Below, piece after piece: positions 31,317 through 32,481 of a stretch of DNA of 32,481 nt. Both the position numbers and the translations under genes were made by a program. Within the stretch, counting starts at the first letter, position 1. Every line of letters begins with the position of its first letter. This stretch comes from Chlamydiota bacterium (GTDB taxonomy: Bacteria > Chlamydiota > Chlamydiia > Chlamydiales > JAJFMI01). Location of the stretch: assembly GCA_021772235.1 (NCBI GenBank), contig JAJFMI010000007.1, positions 1-32,481 on the forward strand, written 5' to 3'. The notes beneath the pieces are model-generated. The model saw only the letters and a program-made list of their open reading frames with translations, had not been told where the DNA came from and did no database searches.

Positions 31317-31396
31317 TAATAATAATTTATATAATTATTGTTATTATTTATATAGTGTATTTATTATTAATCACTTGCGGTGTGGAGGTCGACTTT

Positions 31397-32344
31397 TTAT
31401 TTAAGTCGTTGATTTACAGCAGTTTTAGATTTTTCGCCTGGGAGCTCTTGGACATAGCGTGGAACGGCGTAGCCGGGCAGGTTTTCCCGGAGGGCTTGGA
31501 TGAGTTTTAAGCCGTGCTCTTTTGGCACTTCAAAATGGCCGGCACCTTGAACGCGATCGAGTTGATGAAGGTAGTAGGGGATGATGCCGTTTGAGATGAG
31601 TTTTAAGAAAAGCTCTTTGAGGATTGAAAGGTTATCGTTTACGCCTTTGAGGAGGACGCTTTGGGTGAGCACGGGGCAGGGAAGTATTTTTAGGCTGGCA
31701 AGGACGTCAGGATCGAGTTCTTTTGGATGATTGGTGTGTACGATAAAGATGGTCTGGAGGCGCGTGTTTTGGATGAGATCGATGAATTCAGGTGTGATGC
31801 GTTCGGGTATGCCAATGGGAAAACGTGTGTGAAAGCGTACGATTTGTAGGTGGGGGATATTTTCGAGTTTTTCAAAGAGCTCTTTTAAGCGGCGATCGCT
31901 TAGGGAAAGGGGGTCGCCTCCGCTGAGGATGATTTCGATGAGGGTGGGATCGTTTTGGATATGGGCGAGTTCTTCTTCCCATTCGGCTTTTTGATAGTCG
32001 TAATTTTGGCGAAAGCAGTAGCGGCAGTGCATTGGGCAGGCGCCTGTTGTAATGAGTAGCGCGCGACTTTTGTACTTTTGCAAAAGGGTGGGGGTTTTTT
32101 GGAATGTGCAGTCGGAGACGGGGTCTAGGGTAAAACCGGGGAGGGTTTTGTGTTCTTCGGTGAGTGGAAGAAATTGTCGCAGGAGGGGGTCGTGTAGATT
32201 GTTTTTTTCGATTTTCTCGGCAAGGCGTCTGGGTAAGTTGAGTGGAAATGAGGTGTTTGTGAAGGGGGTGCGATTTTCGATTTCAAGATAATCGAGTAAT
32301 TGAGTGAGATCTCGGAAATTTTCTCTAAGTTTTTGCTGCCACAT
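31397..32344 (-). CDS. epmB: KamA-family radical SAM aminomutase, EF-P beta-lysylation protein EpmB-like
   Basis: 315-aa ORF. The radical SAM cluster motif is CPMHCRYCFRQ, followed by SGGDPL. Length and layout are lysine-2,3-aminomutase-like. Confidence 0.85.
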   Translation of the reverse strand: MWQQKLRENFRDLTQLLDYLEIENRTPFTNTSFPLNLPRRLAEKIEKNNLHDPLLRQFLPLTEEHKTLPGFTLDPVSDCTFQKTPTLLQKYKSRALLITTGACPMHCRYCFRQNYDYQKAEWEEELAHIQNDPTLIEIILSGGDPLSLSDRRLKELFEKLENIPHLQIVRFHTRFPIGIPERITPEFIDLIQNTRLQTIFIVHTNHPKELDPDVLASLKILPCPVLTQSVLLKGVNDNLSILKELFLKLISNGIIPYYLHQLDRVQGAGHFEVPKEHGLKLIQALRENLPGYAVPRYVQELPGEKSKTAVNQRLK

Positions 32345-32481
32345 CAGAATCCCCAGCCATAGACTATAGCAAATTGGGGTTTTTCTTGTTTAGGAAGGTA
32401 GATCGCTTGGAGTTGAACAAAGGAGTGTTTATTTCTTCTAATTTCGATTTCTCTTCCGAGAAGTATTTCTGGGTAAAGTTC
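32344..32481 (-). CDS. Partial CDS (C-terminal 45 codons): fourth member of the small beta-barrel OMP-like family
   Basis: The minus-strand translation is ELYPEILLGREIEIRRNKHSFVQLQAIYLPKQEKPQFAIVYGWGF*. It parallels PEIIFGKQY..RRFFEV...YGVGF of the other paralogs. Its TGA overlaps the epmB ATG (TGATG). Confidence 0.5.
   Translation of the reverse strand, partial: ELYPEILLGREIEIRRNKHSFVQLQAIYLPKQEKPQFAIVYGWGF

Noticed and set aside
26483-31396. Calling the argS-downstream region an intact integrative element or prophage
   Set aside because: The island contains no integrase, excisionase, transposase, phage structural genes or conjugation genes. Only repeat scars and cargo-like genes are present, so it is reported as a relic or accretion locus.

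Overview
All calls come from reading the sequence and ORF track by eye; no searches were run, and identity figures are hand counts. The window looks like a chromosomal segment (~40% GC by eye) from a Chlamydiae-type obligate intracellular bacterium. Supporting this are an ATP/ADP-translocase (NTT) gene, an RsbU-type membrane sensor phosphatase, an Inc-like protein and a Rho with a Pro/Lys-rich N-terminal extension. Most genes lie on the minus strand in tightly overlapping housekeeping operons: sppA-polA-coaE-rho, ntt-dedA-pgsA-symporter-licD, and hypothetical-tsaE-engB-dnaQ. Single genes include pgk, a cca-like gene, a trmH-like gene, leucine dehydrogenase and epmB. I saw no tRNA, rRNA, CRISPR array, integrase or intact IS. 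Two regions look accessory: an AT-rich islet of three orphan membrane/secreted proteins (4.1-6.0 kb) and a composite island downstream of argS (26.5-31.4 kb). Two linked findings stand out. First, argS is interrupted by three in-frame stop codons within 24 nt, in a patch bounded by TTAATTA/TAATTAA, and is otherwise intact. Second, the last ~46 codons of argS occur three times as diverged direct repeats whose differences are mostly synonymous. These repeats bracket cassettes carrying an HExxH protease-like effector candidate, small beta-barrel OMP paralogs and a truncated DUF4143 ATPase, with a eukaryotic-like Ser/Thr kinase just beyond the last repeat. This suggests repeated DNA acquisition at the argS 3' end.
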